The notes beneath the pieces were generated by a model that searched no databases, had not been told where the DNA came from, and saw nothing but the letters and a program-made list of their open reading frames with translations. The position numbers were made by a program, and so were the translations under genes. Positions 33,781-45,982 of a stretch of DNA of 64,000 nucleotides are shown one piece after another. How positions within the stretch are numbered: the stretch's first letter is position 1; each line of letters opens with the position of its first letter. Source of the stretch: an uncultured delta proteobacterium (GTDB lineage Bacteria; Myxococcota_A; Polyangia; Fen-1088); the NCBI GenBank assembly GCA_963767925.1, contig CAVYGB010000008.1:2272001-2336000 (forward strand), written 5' to 3'.

Positions 33781-34313
33781 GCCGGCGCAGGCCCGGCTGG
33801 GCGCTCGCCGTCGCGCTGGCCGGGGCCGCGCTGGCCCCCCTGCTGCTGGCCGGCGCCTCGGCCCTGGCCCAATCGAACGGCCTGTTCCCCTACCCCTTCG
33901 CCGAGGTCTGGCCCACCGCTGTCCGCTACCTCCGCATCGACCGCGGCGCCACCTTGCGCGAGCGGGACGCCGAGAGCGGTTACTTGCTGTTCGACCTGCC
34001 CGAGGGGAGCAAGGTCTACAAGGGCTCCCTCGAGCTCGTTCTCACCACCGACTCGGAAGGGCGGGAGGCCACCCGGGTGGTGGTGAACCTGCCCGATCTG
34101 CCGCGCCACTTCGAGTCCACCCTGCTCGACCGCCTGGCGCTCAAGGTCCGCGACGAATACGGCAGCCCGGCGCCGCCTCCGCCTCGCCCGCCGGCCGGCG
34201 CGGACCAAGGGAAAAAGAAGCGCCCGCCCGACGCCGGCTCGCCCCCGCGGGTTCCTAGCGGCGACCTCCCGCGGGCGCCCAGCGGCGAGCTGCCCCGCCC
34301 CGAGCAGCGCTGA
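33777..34313 (+). CDS. Hypothetical exported protein
   Basis: ATG overlapping previous stop; signal peptide ending ASALA; small globular domain and Pro-rich tail. Confidence 0.65.
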   Translation: MSRRRPGWALAVALAGAALAPLLLAGASALAQSNGLFPYPFAEVWPTAVRYLRIDRGATLRERDAESGYLLFDLPEGSKVYKGSLELVLTTDSEGREATRVVVNLPDLPRHFESTLLDRLALKVRDEYGSPAPPPPRPPAGADQGKKKRPPDAGSPPRVPSGDLPRAPSGELPRPEQR

Positions 34314-34318
34314 GCCGC

Positions 34319-34534
34319 TCAGCCCAGGTCGAGCAAGGTCGCGCCCTCCTCGACCGCCTGGCCAGGGGCCACGGCGACGCGAGTCACCTTGCCGTCAGAC
34401 GGAGCCTCGACGGGCATCTCCATCTTCATCGACTCCAGGATGACCACCGTCTGACCGGCAGTCACGGAGTCCCCCACGGCTACCTCGACCTTCCAGACGG
34501 TCCCCGCGATGTGAGCCTTGACGGGCGTAGGCAT
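34319..34534 (-). CDS. Stand-alone biotin carboxyl carrier protein
   Basis: Biotinylation motif ESMKME in a 71-aa biotinyl/lipoyl domain. Confidence 0.92.
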   Translation of the reverse strand: MPTPVKAHIAGTVWKVEVAVGDSVTAGQTVVILESMKMEMPVEAPSDGKVTRVAVAPGQAVEEGATLLDLG

Positions 34535-34564
34535 GCCCCCGGCAGACTAGGTATTGTCGCCGGT

Positions 34565-35332
34565 GTGGTCAAGACCCCTGGCAGAGCCCTGACCGTCGCC
34601 CTGGGCCTGGCGATCGGCCTGACCGAGGCGCCGCTGGCCGGCGCCCACGCCGAGTGGGTTCCGACGCTGGTCAACCGCTACGTCTCGCTGACCGTGTTCG
34701 AGGCGCGGGTCGACGTGCTCGTCTCGCTGCTGTTCGGGCAGCTCCCCGCGGGCGAGCGGCGAAGGACCATGGACAGCGACGGCAACGGCCTCATCGAGCC
34801 ACGCGAGCTGCAGCGGGAGCGGATGTTGTGGGCAGCCAGCGCGGGGCGGGCGATCCGGATCTTCGTGGACGGCTCGCCGGTCACCTTCACCCCCACCGCG
34901 GTCGTCGACCTCAGCGGAGAGACCTCGGTGAAGGCCGTGCCGATGCTGGTGACCTTGCAGGGATCGCTGGACCTCGACCCCGGGAAACGCGCCCTGCGGA
35001 TCGAGGCGGGGCCGGACCTGCCCCGCCTGGGCGAGACCGAGATGGCGCTCGACATCACCTCCGGCTGGACCCTCACCGGGAGCCTCGACCAGGACGGCAA
35101 GCCCGGCCGGACCGGCCAGCGCCTGTTCCAGTTCCCGGCCCCCCGCACGGCCCAGGGTCGGGCACCCGCCGTGACCTTCTCGCTGCGCGGCTCGGGAGGA
35201 GCAGGTCCGGCGGGCCGGGCCCTCGGCCTGGCGGCCTGGGCCCTCATCGCTCTGTCGGCGGCGGCGGTGGCGGGCCTGACCCTGGTGGCGGTGCGCGCCC
35301 GCCGCGCTCAGATCGCCGGGCGGCGCAGGTGA
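34565..35332 (+). CDS. Hypothetical exported protein with EF-hand-like loop and C-terminal TM anchor
   Basis: Signal ending AGA-H; DSDGNGLIEPRE; C-terminal hydrophobic helix followed by basic tail. Confidence 0.6.
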   Translation: MVKTPGRALTVALGLAIGLTEAPLAGAHAEWVPTLVNRYVSLTVFEARVDVLVSLLFGQLPAGERRRTMDSDGNGLIEPRELQRERMLWAASAGRAIRIFVDGSPVTFTPTAVVDLSGETSVKAVPMLVTLQGSLDLDPGKRALRIEAGPDLPRLGETEMALDITSGWTLTGSLDQDGKPGRTGQRLFQFPAPRTAQGRAPAVTFSLRGSGGAGPAGRALGLAAWALIALSAAAVAGLTLVAVRARRAQIAGRRR

Positions 35333-36006
35333 ACCAGCGACGCCCGCATGTGGAAGGCGAGCTGCGCGGCCGGATAGCGCTCGGCCTGACCGACCGGGCA
35401 GCTCAGGCGGGCGGCGCAGCTCTCGTGACAGGCCGGATCGGCGCGCCGGCGGGTCGAGCAGCGGTCGAGGTGGAACCCGGTGGGATCCACCGCCCCGCCC
35501 GGGCAGGCCTGCACACAGGGCGCCGGGCAACCGGCGCAGGGTGAGGGCAGGGCGGTCTCCTCGGGCAGATCGAGCGCCAGAACCACGAAGGCACGGTAGG
35601 CCCACCAGGGCCCGAAGCGCGGGTGAATCTGCAGGGCCAGGGGCCCCGGCGGCGGCAGCCCGGCCGCCCGACCGAGGCTCTGCATGGGCAACAGCGGCGG
35701 CTCGGAGGAGAACGGGAAGCGCACGGCGAAGGGCGCGGCTCGGGGACCGAGCGCGCGTTCCAGGGCCGCCGGAACGACGGCCCGGGTATAGGCATCGAGG
35801 GGGTCGGGCAACGTGTTGTCGCCCCTGGCGCGGAAGCGGGCGAAGAACTCCGGACCGCCGTCCCCGATGACGAGGCCGCTCCGCGCGCCGGGCAGCAGCG
35901 CCGCCAGCGAGAGCGGCATCCCGGCGCCAGCGAGGGCCGCCTCGCTCACCGGGCGTACGATGAGCAACCCCTCCTCGGCCAGAGCGGCGCGGAGGCGGTC
36001 GAGCAT
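35308..36006 (-). CDS. Fe-S protein, QueG/CblC-like (ferredoxin-type Cys clusters)
   Basis: DPLDAYT, IHPRFGPWWAYRA, CAGCPAPCVQACP, later C..C..CAARLSCP. Confidence 0.7.
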   Translation of the reverse strand: MLDRLRAALAEEGLLIVRPVSEAALAGAGMPLSLAALLPGARSGLVIGDGGPEFFARFRARGDNTLPDPLDAYTRAVVPAALERALGPRAAPFAVRFPFSSEPPLLPMQSLGRAAGLPPPGPLALQIHPRFGPWWAYRAFVVLALDLPEETALPSPCAGCPAPCVQACPGGAVDPTGFHLDRCSTRRRADPACHESCAARLSCPVGQAERYPAAQLAFHMRASLVHLRRPAI

Positions 36007-36014
36007 CGGAACCG

Positions 36015-37781
36015 TCAGCGCAGCGGCACGACGTAGTCGAAGGCCCGGCCCGCCGACGCCGGGAAACGGGCCGTCTTGAGCGCGGTCTCGACACACGCGC
36101 CCGAGGGCGTGCCCGCGAACCGTCCGGTCACGGTGGCGTTGCTGACCCGTCCGGCCGGGCTGACGACGATCTTCACGGTCGCCACGCCGGGGACCTTGAA
36201 CTGGTTGTAACACTCGCGGGCGCGCGGCATGACCGCGGTCATCCCCTTGACGATCTCGTCGCGGCCGAGGTCGGGAGCCTTCTCGGCACCCCGGCCGGCC
36301 GGCTCTTCCTCTTCCCGGCGAGCCGCGGGGGCGGGCGCCGGCGCCCGCCGGTTGCCCGAGGCCGCTTCCAGCAGCGCCTCGATGTCGTCCTTGGGCTTGC
36401 GGGGGGCCTCGGCTGGCCGGGAGGGGGCCGCCGCGGGCTGGTTGGCCATCCCGCGGTCGACGGGCGGAAGCCCACCGGGGTTGCGGGCTGCGCCCGGGCC
36501 ACGCCGGGGACCCCCGGGACGGTTGAGCCGGGCCAGCGGTCGCTCGGACGATCCCCCGGGCCCCGTGCCGGGCTCGCCGGAGCCCGGCCCTCTGCCCGCC
36601 GGCTCACGCGGGGGCAACGCTTCGTTGGCCACCGGCGGTGGGCTGGTGGGCGTCTCGGCAGGCGGCGGCTGGACCGGGGGCGCGACCGAGGTCGGCGCGG
36701 TCGGCGCCGGCGCGGCTGCCGTCAGGTCGGCGGGCGCGCCCCGGGGCGAGCTGAACATCTTCACGACCACCACCCCGAGCGCCACGATGGCCAGAGCCAG
36801 CACGCCGAGCACGACGATCGCCCAGCGGGGGGTGCCGGAGGAGCCCATCGTCAGCAGCACCGGCGCCACCGGAGAGAACTGCGGCGCGCTGAAGGCCGGC
36901 AGATCGTCCCCTCTGGTATCGCCCTTGGCGCTGACGCCTCCCAGGGTCATGTTGGCCATGGCCCGGATGTCGATCAGCCCGGAGCCCTCTGTCGTGGTGC
37001 TGTTCGAGACCGGCTGCGCGCTCGAGCGAGCCATCGGCATCGCGGACTGGGCGGGTTTGGCCAGCGCCTCCAGGTTGGCCAGCGAGAACAGCACGGAGTT
37101 CTCGTGCCGCTGCCCGGTGAGCCCCGACGACTGGACGCCGGCTAGCGACCCATTGCCGCCGCCGCCGCCGCCCCGGATGTACGATTCCTTGGCCGGCGCC
37201 TCGAACGCCTGCAACCCTGGCGACGAGACGGTGGTGGAGGCGCTGTCCGTTCCGGCGCCAGGCGCGGCGAACAGCTCGGAGATGGCCGGCACGCCGGCGC
37301 CCGGCGTCCCCCCGGGCATGAAGACCTCCTGCGGGCCCGGCGGCGCGACAGCGGTGGGTCCGTCGGCCTCGAAGCCGCTCGACTCGGCGGGGTCGGCGAA
37401 CGGGCTGACCGCCTCGCCGCCGTCTCCGAACTCGGGCAAGGTGGAGACCTTCACCCAGTCCGAGAGCCCTTCCCTCCAGATGTACGTGTCGGGCGTGATC
37501 TCGGCCCGCGAAAGGCGGGCGCGCACGTCGGCCTCCGACAGGGGACCGACCTGCTCTCCGTCGACGACGATGTGCCAGCCGGCGTCGAGCGAGATATCGG
37601 GAGAAGACGGGGCGGAAGAGGAGAACTCGCTGGCGGCGCCGCCAGCGGTGACGACCTCGCCCGAGCCGCGCACCACGATGACGTGGCTGCACTTCTTGCA
37701 GCGGATCTTGAAGACCTTGCCGCGGACTTTTTCGTCGGCGATGGAGTATTTCGCCTGACAGGCTTCGCAAACGATCTTCAT
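36015..37781 (-). CDS. GltJ/AgmX-like protein: zinc ribbon + GYF-like domain + TM + TonB-C-like domain
   Basis: CEAC..KIRCKKC zinc ribbon; WHIVVDGEQVGP..YIWREGLSDW; single TM; C-terminal ARECY..GRV..SGACVE..ARFP. Confidence 0.85.
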   Translation of the reverse strand: MKIVCEACQAKYSIADEKVRGKVFKIRCKKCSHVIVVRGSGEVVTAGGAASEFSSSAPSSPDISLDAGWHIVVDGEQVGPLSEADVRARLSRAEITPDTYIWREGLSDWVKVSTLPEFGDGGEAVSPFADPAESSGFEADGPTAVAPPGPQEVFMPGGTPGAGVPAISELFAAPGAGTDSASTTVSSPGLQAFEAPAKESYIRGGGGGGNGSLAGVQSSGLTGQRHENSVLFSLANLEALAKPAQSAMPMARSSAQPVSNSTTTEGSGLIDIRAMANMTLGGVSAKGDTRGDDLPAFSAPQFSPVAPVLLTMGSSGTPRWAIVVLGVLALAIVALGVVVVKMFSSPRGAPADLTAAAPAPTAPTSVAPPVQPPPAETPTSPPPVANEALPPREPAGRGPGSGEPGTGPGGSSERPLARLNRPGGPRRGPGAARNPGGLPPVDRGMANQPAAAPSRPAEAPRKPKDDIEALLEAASGNRRAPAPAPAARREEEEPAGRGAEKAPDLGRDEIVKGMTAVMPRARECYNQFKVPGVATVKIVVSPAGRVSNATVTGRFAGTPSGACVETALKTARFPASAGRAFDYVVPLR

Positions 37782-38003
37782 TCGCTTTGACCCTCGTCCA
37801 GCGGCGTGCCGGCGTGTTCCGGAGCCTGGCGCAGCTTAGCCACCGCGCGCGCGGCGCGCAAGCAGAAAGAGAAGAAATTCAACGGGTTAGGCAATTCCGA
37901 CCTTCCCCTTCACCAGCCCACCTCGTCTTTCATCCGTTCACCTGCCGTTCTGCTCCCTCGCGTCCGGCCAGCGACCCCCCTGCCCCTCCTGGTAGCGCCC
38001 GGG

Positions 38004-39306
38004 TTACCGGGCCCCGAAGACGTCGTGCTCGAGGAGCGTCTCCTCCCGCCCCGGGCCGATGGAGACGAGCGCGTAGGGCAGCCCCACGAGCTCGCGGATG
38101 CGCTCCAGATAGCGCTGGGCGGGAGCGGGCAGATCGGCGCAGGAGCGGGCGGGAGCGCCCGGAGGCACCGTCTCGGCGGGCCAGCCGGGCAGCTCCTCGT
38201 AGATCGGGACGATCTGCTCGATGTCCTCGGGATCCACCGGCAGCTCGTCCAGCACCTTGCCCTTGAGGCGGTACCCCACACAGATCTTGATGACATCCAA
38301 CCCGGCCAATACGTCCAATTTTGTAAGAGCCAGGTGCTCGATGCCAGACAGTCGAACCGCCAGCCGCAGCGCGGGAATGTCGAGCCAGCCGCAGCGGCGG
38401 GGTCGACCGGTGGTGGCCCCGAACTCGGCGCCCACCTCGCGGAGACGGTCGCCGGTCTCGTCGGTCAGCTCGGTGGGAAAGGGGCCGTTCCCCACCCGGG
38501 TGGCGTAGGCCTTGACGATCCCGACCACGTGGTCGATCGAAGTGGGCCCCACACCGCAGGCGGCGCAGGCACCACCCGCTGTGGTGGAGGAGGAGGTCAC
38601 GTAGGGATAGGTGCCGTGGTCGAGGTCGAGCAACACCCCCTGGGCACCCTCGAACAGGACGTGGCGGCCGGCCTTGATCTGGTCGTGGAGGAAACGGGAT
38701 GCGTCACCGACATAGGGCCGGATCTCCGCCCCCAGGGCGCTGTATTCGGCCACGGTGGCGTCGAGGTCGGGCGCGGGGGCCCCCAGCTCGCGCAGCAGGG
38801 GGGTCGAGGCCTCGAGCGAGCGCTGCACGGCGCGGCGCAGGCGCTCCGGACGGACCAGGTCGTCGATGCGGACGCCGGTCCGGGCGGCCTTGCTCTCGTA
38901 GGTCGGGCCGATGCCCCGCTTGGTGCTGCCGATGGCGTTGGGACGGGCCTCCCGGAGCGCATCGATCTGGCGGTGCTGCGGCAGCACCACGTGGGCCCGC
39001 CCGGCGACCACGCAGATCCTTCTCGTCGGCCAGGAGCCCGAGCTCCCGGAAGGTACGCATCTCCTCGACCAGGCTGCGCGGGTCGATGACCATCCCTTCG
39101 CCCAGCACGCAGGTGACGCCCTTGCGCAGGATGCCCGAGGGGATGAGGTGGGTGACGTACTTCTTGCCTCCGACCACCAGGGTGTGGCCGGCGTTGGCTC
39201 CCCCACCCCAGCGAGCCACAACCTGGGCCCGCTCGGTGAACAGGTCGACGACCTTGCCCTTGCCCTCGTCGCCCCACTGCGCTCCTACGACGATCACGAC
39301 TGCCAT
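38004..39306 (-). CDS. purA: Adenylosuccinate synthetase (frameshift near 39010)
   Basis: [58 protein letters not shown]. Confidence 0.96.
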
Positions 39307-39311
39307 GTGCT

Positions 39312-40548
39312 CTAGTCTCCGCTCTGTCCGCGGGCCGTGCTGGCCGGTTTACGCCCCAGGGTCCGCACCTCGTCGAAGCGCCAGCGTCGGGCGTAAGCCC
39401 GCAGCTCGGCGCCCGCCAGGCCGTTGAGCTCGACGGCGGCTCTCCGTCCGGTCCGGCGCAGCTCGGCCACCTCGATCCGGGCGGCCTCGGCCGGCCCGCT
39501 GACCAGGACCCCTCCGTCGCGGGCGCCGTTGCTCCCGGGGTCGGCGGGACGCCAGCTCCAGGGCGCCGGCGGTCGCCTCGACGTCGATGGCGAAGCCCAC
39601 CGCCGGAGCGGACCGGCCGTAACGGGCCAGCAACGAATCGTAGCGGCCACCCTGCAACACCGGCTCGGGCCAGCCGGGAACGTACCCCTGCACCCGCATG
39701 CCGGTGTAGTAGTCGAAGCCCCGCACCTCGGAGAGATCGACGTGCAGCCGCGCCGGTACCCGGTGGCGCTGCAGCTCGGCCAGCAGGGTCGCCAGCTCGT
39801 CGAGGGCCCGGCGGATCCCGGCGGGGCGGGCGGGCGCCCGCTTGCGCGCGGTGGCCAGCACCTCCGGCGAGCCGCACAGCTCGGGCAAGAGCGAGGCGAA
39901 CTCGACGACCGCCTTGGCTCCCCGGGCGGCCCGCAGCACCTCGGCCAGCCCGGCCCGGTCGCGCTTGGCGATGCGGGCGCGGGCCGCTTCCCGGCCGTCG
40001 TCGTCGAGGTCGAGGGCGGCCAGCACCTCCTGGGCCAGGCCCAGGTGGCCGAGGTCCATGGTCACCTGGGTCCCGTTGTGAAAGCCAACCGCCTCCAGGG
40101 CGGCGGCGCCGAGGGCCACGATCTCGACGTCGCCCCGGGGCCCCGCCACCCCCGCCAGCTCGACCCCCGCCTGGATGATCTCCCGCTGCGAGCGGGCCCG
40201 CTGGTCGAGGCGCACCACCGTGCCCTCGTAGGCCAGGCGCAGGGGTCCCCGTTCGTCCCGGAAGCGGGTGGCGATCAGCCGCGCGATCTGGGGCGTGATG
40301 TCCGGGGGCAGGGCCACCACCTGCCCGGAGCTCGGCTCGACGAAGCGGATGGCCGCCGCCCGGCCCACGCTGCCCAGGCCCAGGGCGAGCACGTCCTCGT
40401 ATTCGAAGGCGGGGGTGATGACCCGGGCGAAGCCCCAGCGGTCGAAGACCCCCAGGAGCGTCTCGGCGATCCGGCGGCGGGCCGCGGCCGCTTCGGGGAC
40501 GAAGTCGCGCATGCCGGCGGGCAAACGGAGGGTTGGGCGGCGGAGCAT
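39312..40548 (-). CDS. hisZ: ATP phosphoribosyltransferase regulatory subunit HisZ (frameshift near 39550)
   Basis: [41 protein letters not shown]; HisRS-like, next to purA. Confidence 0.88.
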
Positions 40549-40585
40549 GTGGGTTCTTCGGCGCGCGCGGGCGCCCGCCTGCTAC

Positions 40586-41548
40586 TCAGATCTTGTTGAC
40601 GGCGTTGCGGACGCGGCCGCTCTTGAGGAAGTCGACGAACACCTCGGCCAGCTCGATCGCCACCTTGTCCTGGGCTTCTTTGGTCGACGCGCCCACGTGG
40701 GGGGAGGCCAGGACGTTGTCCAGCTCGAACAGCGGCAGCGGGCCGCAGGGCTCCTTCTCGAAGACGTCGAGGGCGGCGCCGGCCAGGTGACCCGACTTGA
40801 GCGACTCGTAGAGGGCGGTCTCGTCGACGATGCCGCCCCGGGCACAGTTGATGAGGTAGGCCCCCTTCTTCATCTTGCCGAGGGTCGCCGCCGAGAACAG
40901 GCCCTTGGTGGCGGGCAGAAACGGCAGATGCAGGGTCACGAAGTCGGCCTGGGCGATCACGTCGTCGAAGCTCGCCAGGTCGACCCCGGCGGGCGCGGGC
41001 GCCCCGGCCGGCCAGACCGGATCGTGGGCCAGGACTCTCATCCGGAGGCCCAGGGCCCGCTCGGCCACCTGTCTGGCCGATGCTGCCGAGGCCGATGATC
41101 GCCCAGCGTCTTGCCGGTGATCTCGACGCCCATGAACTTCTTCTTCTCCCACTCGCCCTTCTTCATGCTGGCGGTGGACTGGGGCAGCTTGCGCGCCGAG
41201 GGCGAACAGGTACCCGATGGCCAGCTCGGCGGCGGCGATGGCGTTACCGGCGGGTGTGTTGATCACCTGCACCTTGCGCTCGGTGGCCGCTTTGACGTCG
41301 ATGTTGTCGACTCCCACCCCGGCCCGACCGACGATCTTGAGATTGGTGGCCCTCGCCAGCAGGTCGGCCGTCACCTTCGTCGCCGAGCGCACGGCCAGAC
41401 CGTGATATTCGCCGATGATCTCGGCGAGCTGGGCCGGAGGGAGCCCGGTCTTCACGTCCACCGTGAAGCCGGCTTGGCCGAGAATTTCGACGGCTGCCTT
41501 GGAGAGCTCGTCGGAGACCAGAACCTTGATTTCGGACATCGTCGACAT
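40586..41548 (-). CDS. serA: D-3-phosphoglycerate dehydrogenase, short form without ACT domain (internal compensating frameshifts)
   Basis: [50 protein letters not shown]; divergent from serC. Confidence 0.88.
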   Translation of the reverse strand: MSTMSEIKVLVSDELSKAAVEILGQAGFTVDVKTGLPPAQLAEIIGEYHGLAVRSATKVTADLLARATNLKIVGRAGVGVDNIDVKAATERKVQVINTPAGNAIAAAELAIGYLFALGAQAAPVHRQHEEGRVGEEEVHGRRDHRQDAGRSSASAASARQVAERALGLRMRVLAHDPVWPAGAPAPAGVDLASFDDVIAQADFVTLHLPFLPATKGLFSAATLGKMKKGAYLINCARGGIVDETALYESLKSGHLAGAALDVFEKEPCGPLPLFELDNVLASPHVGASTKEAQDKVAIELAEVFVDFLKSGRVRNAVNKI

Positions 41549-41731
41549 GGCACAAACCTCGCAAAAATCCCCGCCCGCGGGGCGCGGGTGTTCTAGTACA
41601 GGTCGTCGGCCGGATCCATAGATGTTCTGTCCGGCCGGGCGGCCGGGCGCCAGGCGCTCGTTAGGCGCGGTTGTAGGCGTCTGGTGGAGACTCCCCGCCG
41701 GGCTCGGCCTGGATTACACTTGCCGGACGTC

Positions 41732-42811
41732 ATGACTCAAAAGCGCGTCTTCAACTTTTCCCCCGGCCCCGGGATGCTTCCGCTGGAGGTGCTGCAGGCC
41801 TCCGCCGCCGCCCTCGTCAACTACCAGGGCAAGGGCTTCGGCATCGCCGAATGCAGCCACCGCGGCAAGGAATTCGACTCCGTGCTGGACGAGGCCACCG
41901 CCCTGGTCCGCAAGCTGCTGGACATCCCCGACAGCCACGATGTCCTCTACCTGCAAGGTGGCGCCACCCAGCTCTTCTCCACCATCCCGCTGAACTTCCT
42001 CAGCGGCCCGGCCGACTACGTCGTCAGCGGCGAGTGGTCCAAGAAGGCGGCCGACGCCGCCAAGGCGGCCCACGGGGACAAGGTGCGGGTCATCGCCACC
42101 AGCGAGGCGACGGACTTCGATCGCCCACCCACCTTCACCGCCGACGCCGGCGCCTCCTACCTGCACGTCTGCTCCAACGAGACGGTGCACGGTCATCGCC
42201 TGACCGAGTGGCCCAGCCACCCCAACCTGGTCGTCGACTCGAGCTCGGAGATGATGTCCCGGCCCCACCCCATCGCCCGCACCGCCCTGGTCTACGCCGG
42301 GGCCCAGAAGAACCTGGGCCTGGCCGGGACCGTGCTGGCCATCGTGCGCAAGGACCTCTACGATCGCATCCCCAAGAGCGTCCCCAAGCTGTGGAACTTC
42401 AAGGTGCTGGCCGAGGCCAAGAGCTGCCTCAACACGCCCCCCACCTTCGGCGTCTACATGCTGCTCGAGACCTTCCGCTGGATGGAGCGCCAGGGCGGCC
42501 TGGCGGCGATCGAGAAGCGCAACGCGGAGAAGGCCCAGCTCCTCTACGACGCGATCGACGGCTCGGGTGGGTTTTACACCGGCACCGTCGCCGACAAGGG
42601 GGCGCGCAGCCACATGAACGTCACCTTCCGCCTGCCCAGCGAGGAGCAGACCGAGAAGTTCCTCAAGGAGGCTTCGGCCCAGGGTCTCGTCGCCCTCAAG
42701 GGCTACCGGACGGTCGGCGGAGTGCGGGCGTCGATCTACAACGCCATGCCGACCGAGGGCTGCCAGCTCCTGGCGGACCACATGCGCAGCTTCGCTCGCG
42801 CCAGCGGCTGA
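41732..42811 (+). CDS. serC: Phosphoserine aminotransferase
   Basis: FNFSPGP, SHR, LQGGA, NETVHG, YAGAQKNLG (PLP lysine), NTPP, RASIYNA. Confidence 0.95.
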   Translation: MTQKRVFNFSPGPGMLPLEVLQASAAALVNYQGKGFGIAECSHRGKEFDSVLDEATALVRKLLDIPDSHDVLYLQGGATQLFSTIPLNFLSGPADYVVSGEWSKKAADAAKAAHGDKVRVIATSEATDFDRPPTFTADAGASYLHVCSNETVHGHRLTEWPSHPNLVVDSSSEMMSRPHPIARTALVYAGAQKNLGLAGTVLAIVRKDLYDRIPKSVPKLWNFKVLAEAKSCLNTPPTFGVYMLLETFRWMERQGGLAAIEKRNAEKAQLLYDAIDGSGGFYTGTVADKGARSHMNVTFRLPSEEQTEKFLKEASAQGLVALKGYRTVGGVRASIYNAMPTEGCQLLADHMRSFARASG

Positions 42812-42827
42812 CCGCGCCAGCCCCCGG

Positions 42828-44764
<1,937 letters not shown>

Positions 44765-44897
44765 CGGCGCCGGGCTGTGTGGACCAGTCACGCACACCGA
44801 GAAAGCAGCGCCGAATCCAGGACCTACGCAGCCTTCTCACCCTGGTGCGGATGACTGCCGATGGCTATGTTTGACCAGTGAGGCGATCGAGGCACGG

Positions 44898-45962
44898 ATG
44901 AAGTTTGCTGTGTCGGTTCGACCCGGCTCCGGGCTACTGGCCGCGACGGCGGCGCTGGCGGCGGTGGCTTCCGGGTGCGCCGGCTTCCGGGCGCGCGCGG
45001 GCCGCGGCTCTCCGGCGCTGCCGGTGCTCGCCGGAATCTGGGAAGGGTTTTCGCAGGACAAGATCGCCGACGGGCTCGGCGCCGGCGACACCAGGGTCGA
45101 GCGCCAGGCGTGGCACCTCCGCCAGAGCGGAAGCGCGGTGCACGGCTTTTACGTCGCCGAGCTGACCATGCTCTCGGGCGACGGCCGTCCTTACCTCTGC
45201 AGCCGCGAGCCGCGTTTCTCGACATTGCTCCGCTTCGAGGTGCGGGGACGAGTGGGCGCCAAGGGCATCGAGATCGAGGAGGTGGGTGACGCCCTCGCCA
45301 AGGGACCCTGCCGGCCGGTCTTTCGCTCCCCCACCCGCTTCCGGGCCGAGCTGCGCGGAGACACGCTCACGCTCGTCGACGGGGCCCACCGGCAGACGCT
45401 TTACCGCCGCTCGGCCAAGGACCCCCAGGGTCTCACCCAGCAGCTCCTGGCCTTCGAGCGCCCCGACCGCTCCTGGACCGGTGAGCCCGCTTTCCCCACG
45501 CTCGACCGGGGCGGCGGGGGCGGAGGAGGCGGCGGCGACGGGGATCAGCCGATGGACGTCGGCGGAATGTGGGTCTGGGAGCACCGGGGCCGCATGACCA
45601 GTGGCGACGAGAAGCAGGAGCGCGAGGAGTGGCACCTCGAGCAGGAGGGCACCCGCATCTCCGGCTACTACGATCGAGCCGTGCGCCAGGTCTCGACCGA
45701 CGGCCAGGCTTACCGCTGCAGCAACTCGGTCGACTTCCGCATCGTCACCCGCTACCACCTGGCCGGCGAGGTGAAGGGCAGTCGGATCGTGCTCTACGAA
45801 CGCTCCTTCGAGATCCTCGAGGCCAGCCCCTGCGACAACGGCCAGCGCCGGCTCGACGCCTACCAGGGTGAAGCCGCCCTCGACGAGCTCCGCCTGATCT
45901 GGGGCGTCGGCACCCAGGTCCTCCGGCGCGACCGCAGCGACATCCCAAGCCAGCGCTTCTAG
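44898..45962 (+). CDS. Hypothetical lipoprotein with two tandem homologous beta-rich domains
   Basis: ATG 44898, lipobox VASGC; internal duplication (see findings). Confidence 0.72.
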   Translation: MKFAVSVRPGSGLLAATAALAAVASGCAGFRARAGRGSPALPVLAGIWEGFSQDKIADGLGAGDTRVERQAWHLRQSGSAVHGFYVAELTMLSGDGRPYLCSREPRFSTLLRFEVRGRVGAKGIEIEEVGDALAKGPCRPVFRSPTRFRAELRGDTLTLVDGAHRQTLYRRSAKDPQGLTQQLLAFERPDRSWTGEPAFPTLDRGGGGGGGGGDGDQPMDVGGMWVWEHRGRMTSGDEKQEREEWHLEQEGTRISGYYDRAVRQVSTDGQAYRCSNSVDFRIVTRYHLAGEVKGSRIVLYERSFEILEASPCDNGQRRLDAYQGEAALDELRLIWGVGTQVLRRDRSDIPSQRF

Positions 45963-45982
45963 AGCGCCGGCCGGGAGAGGGA

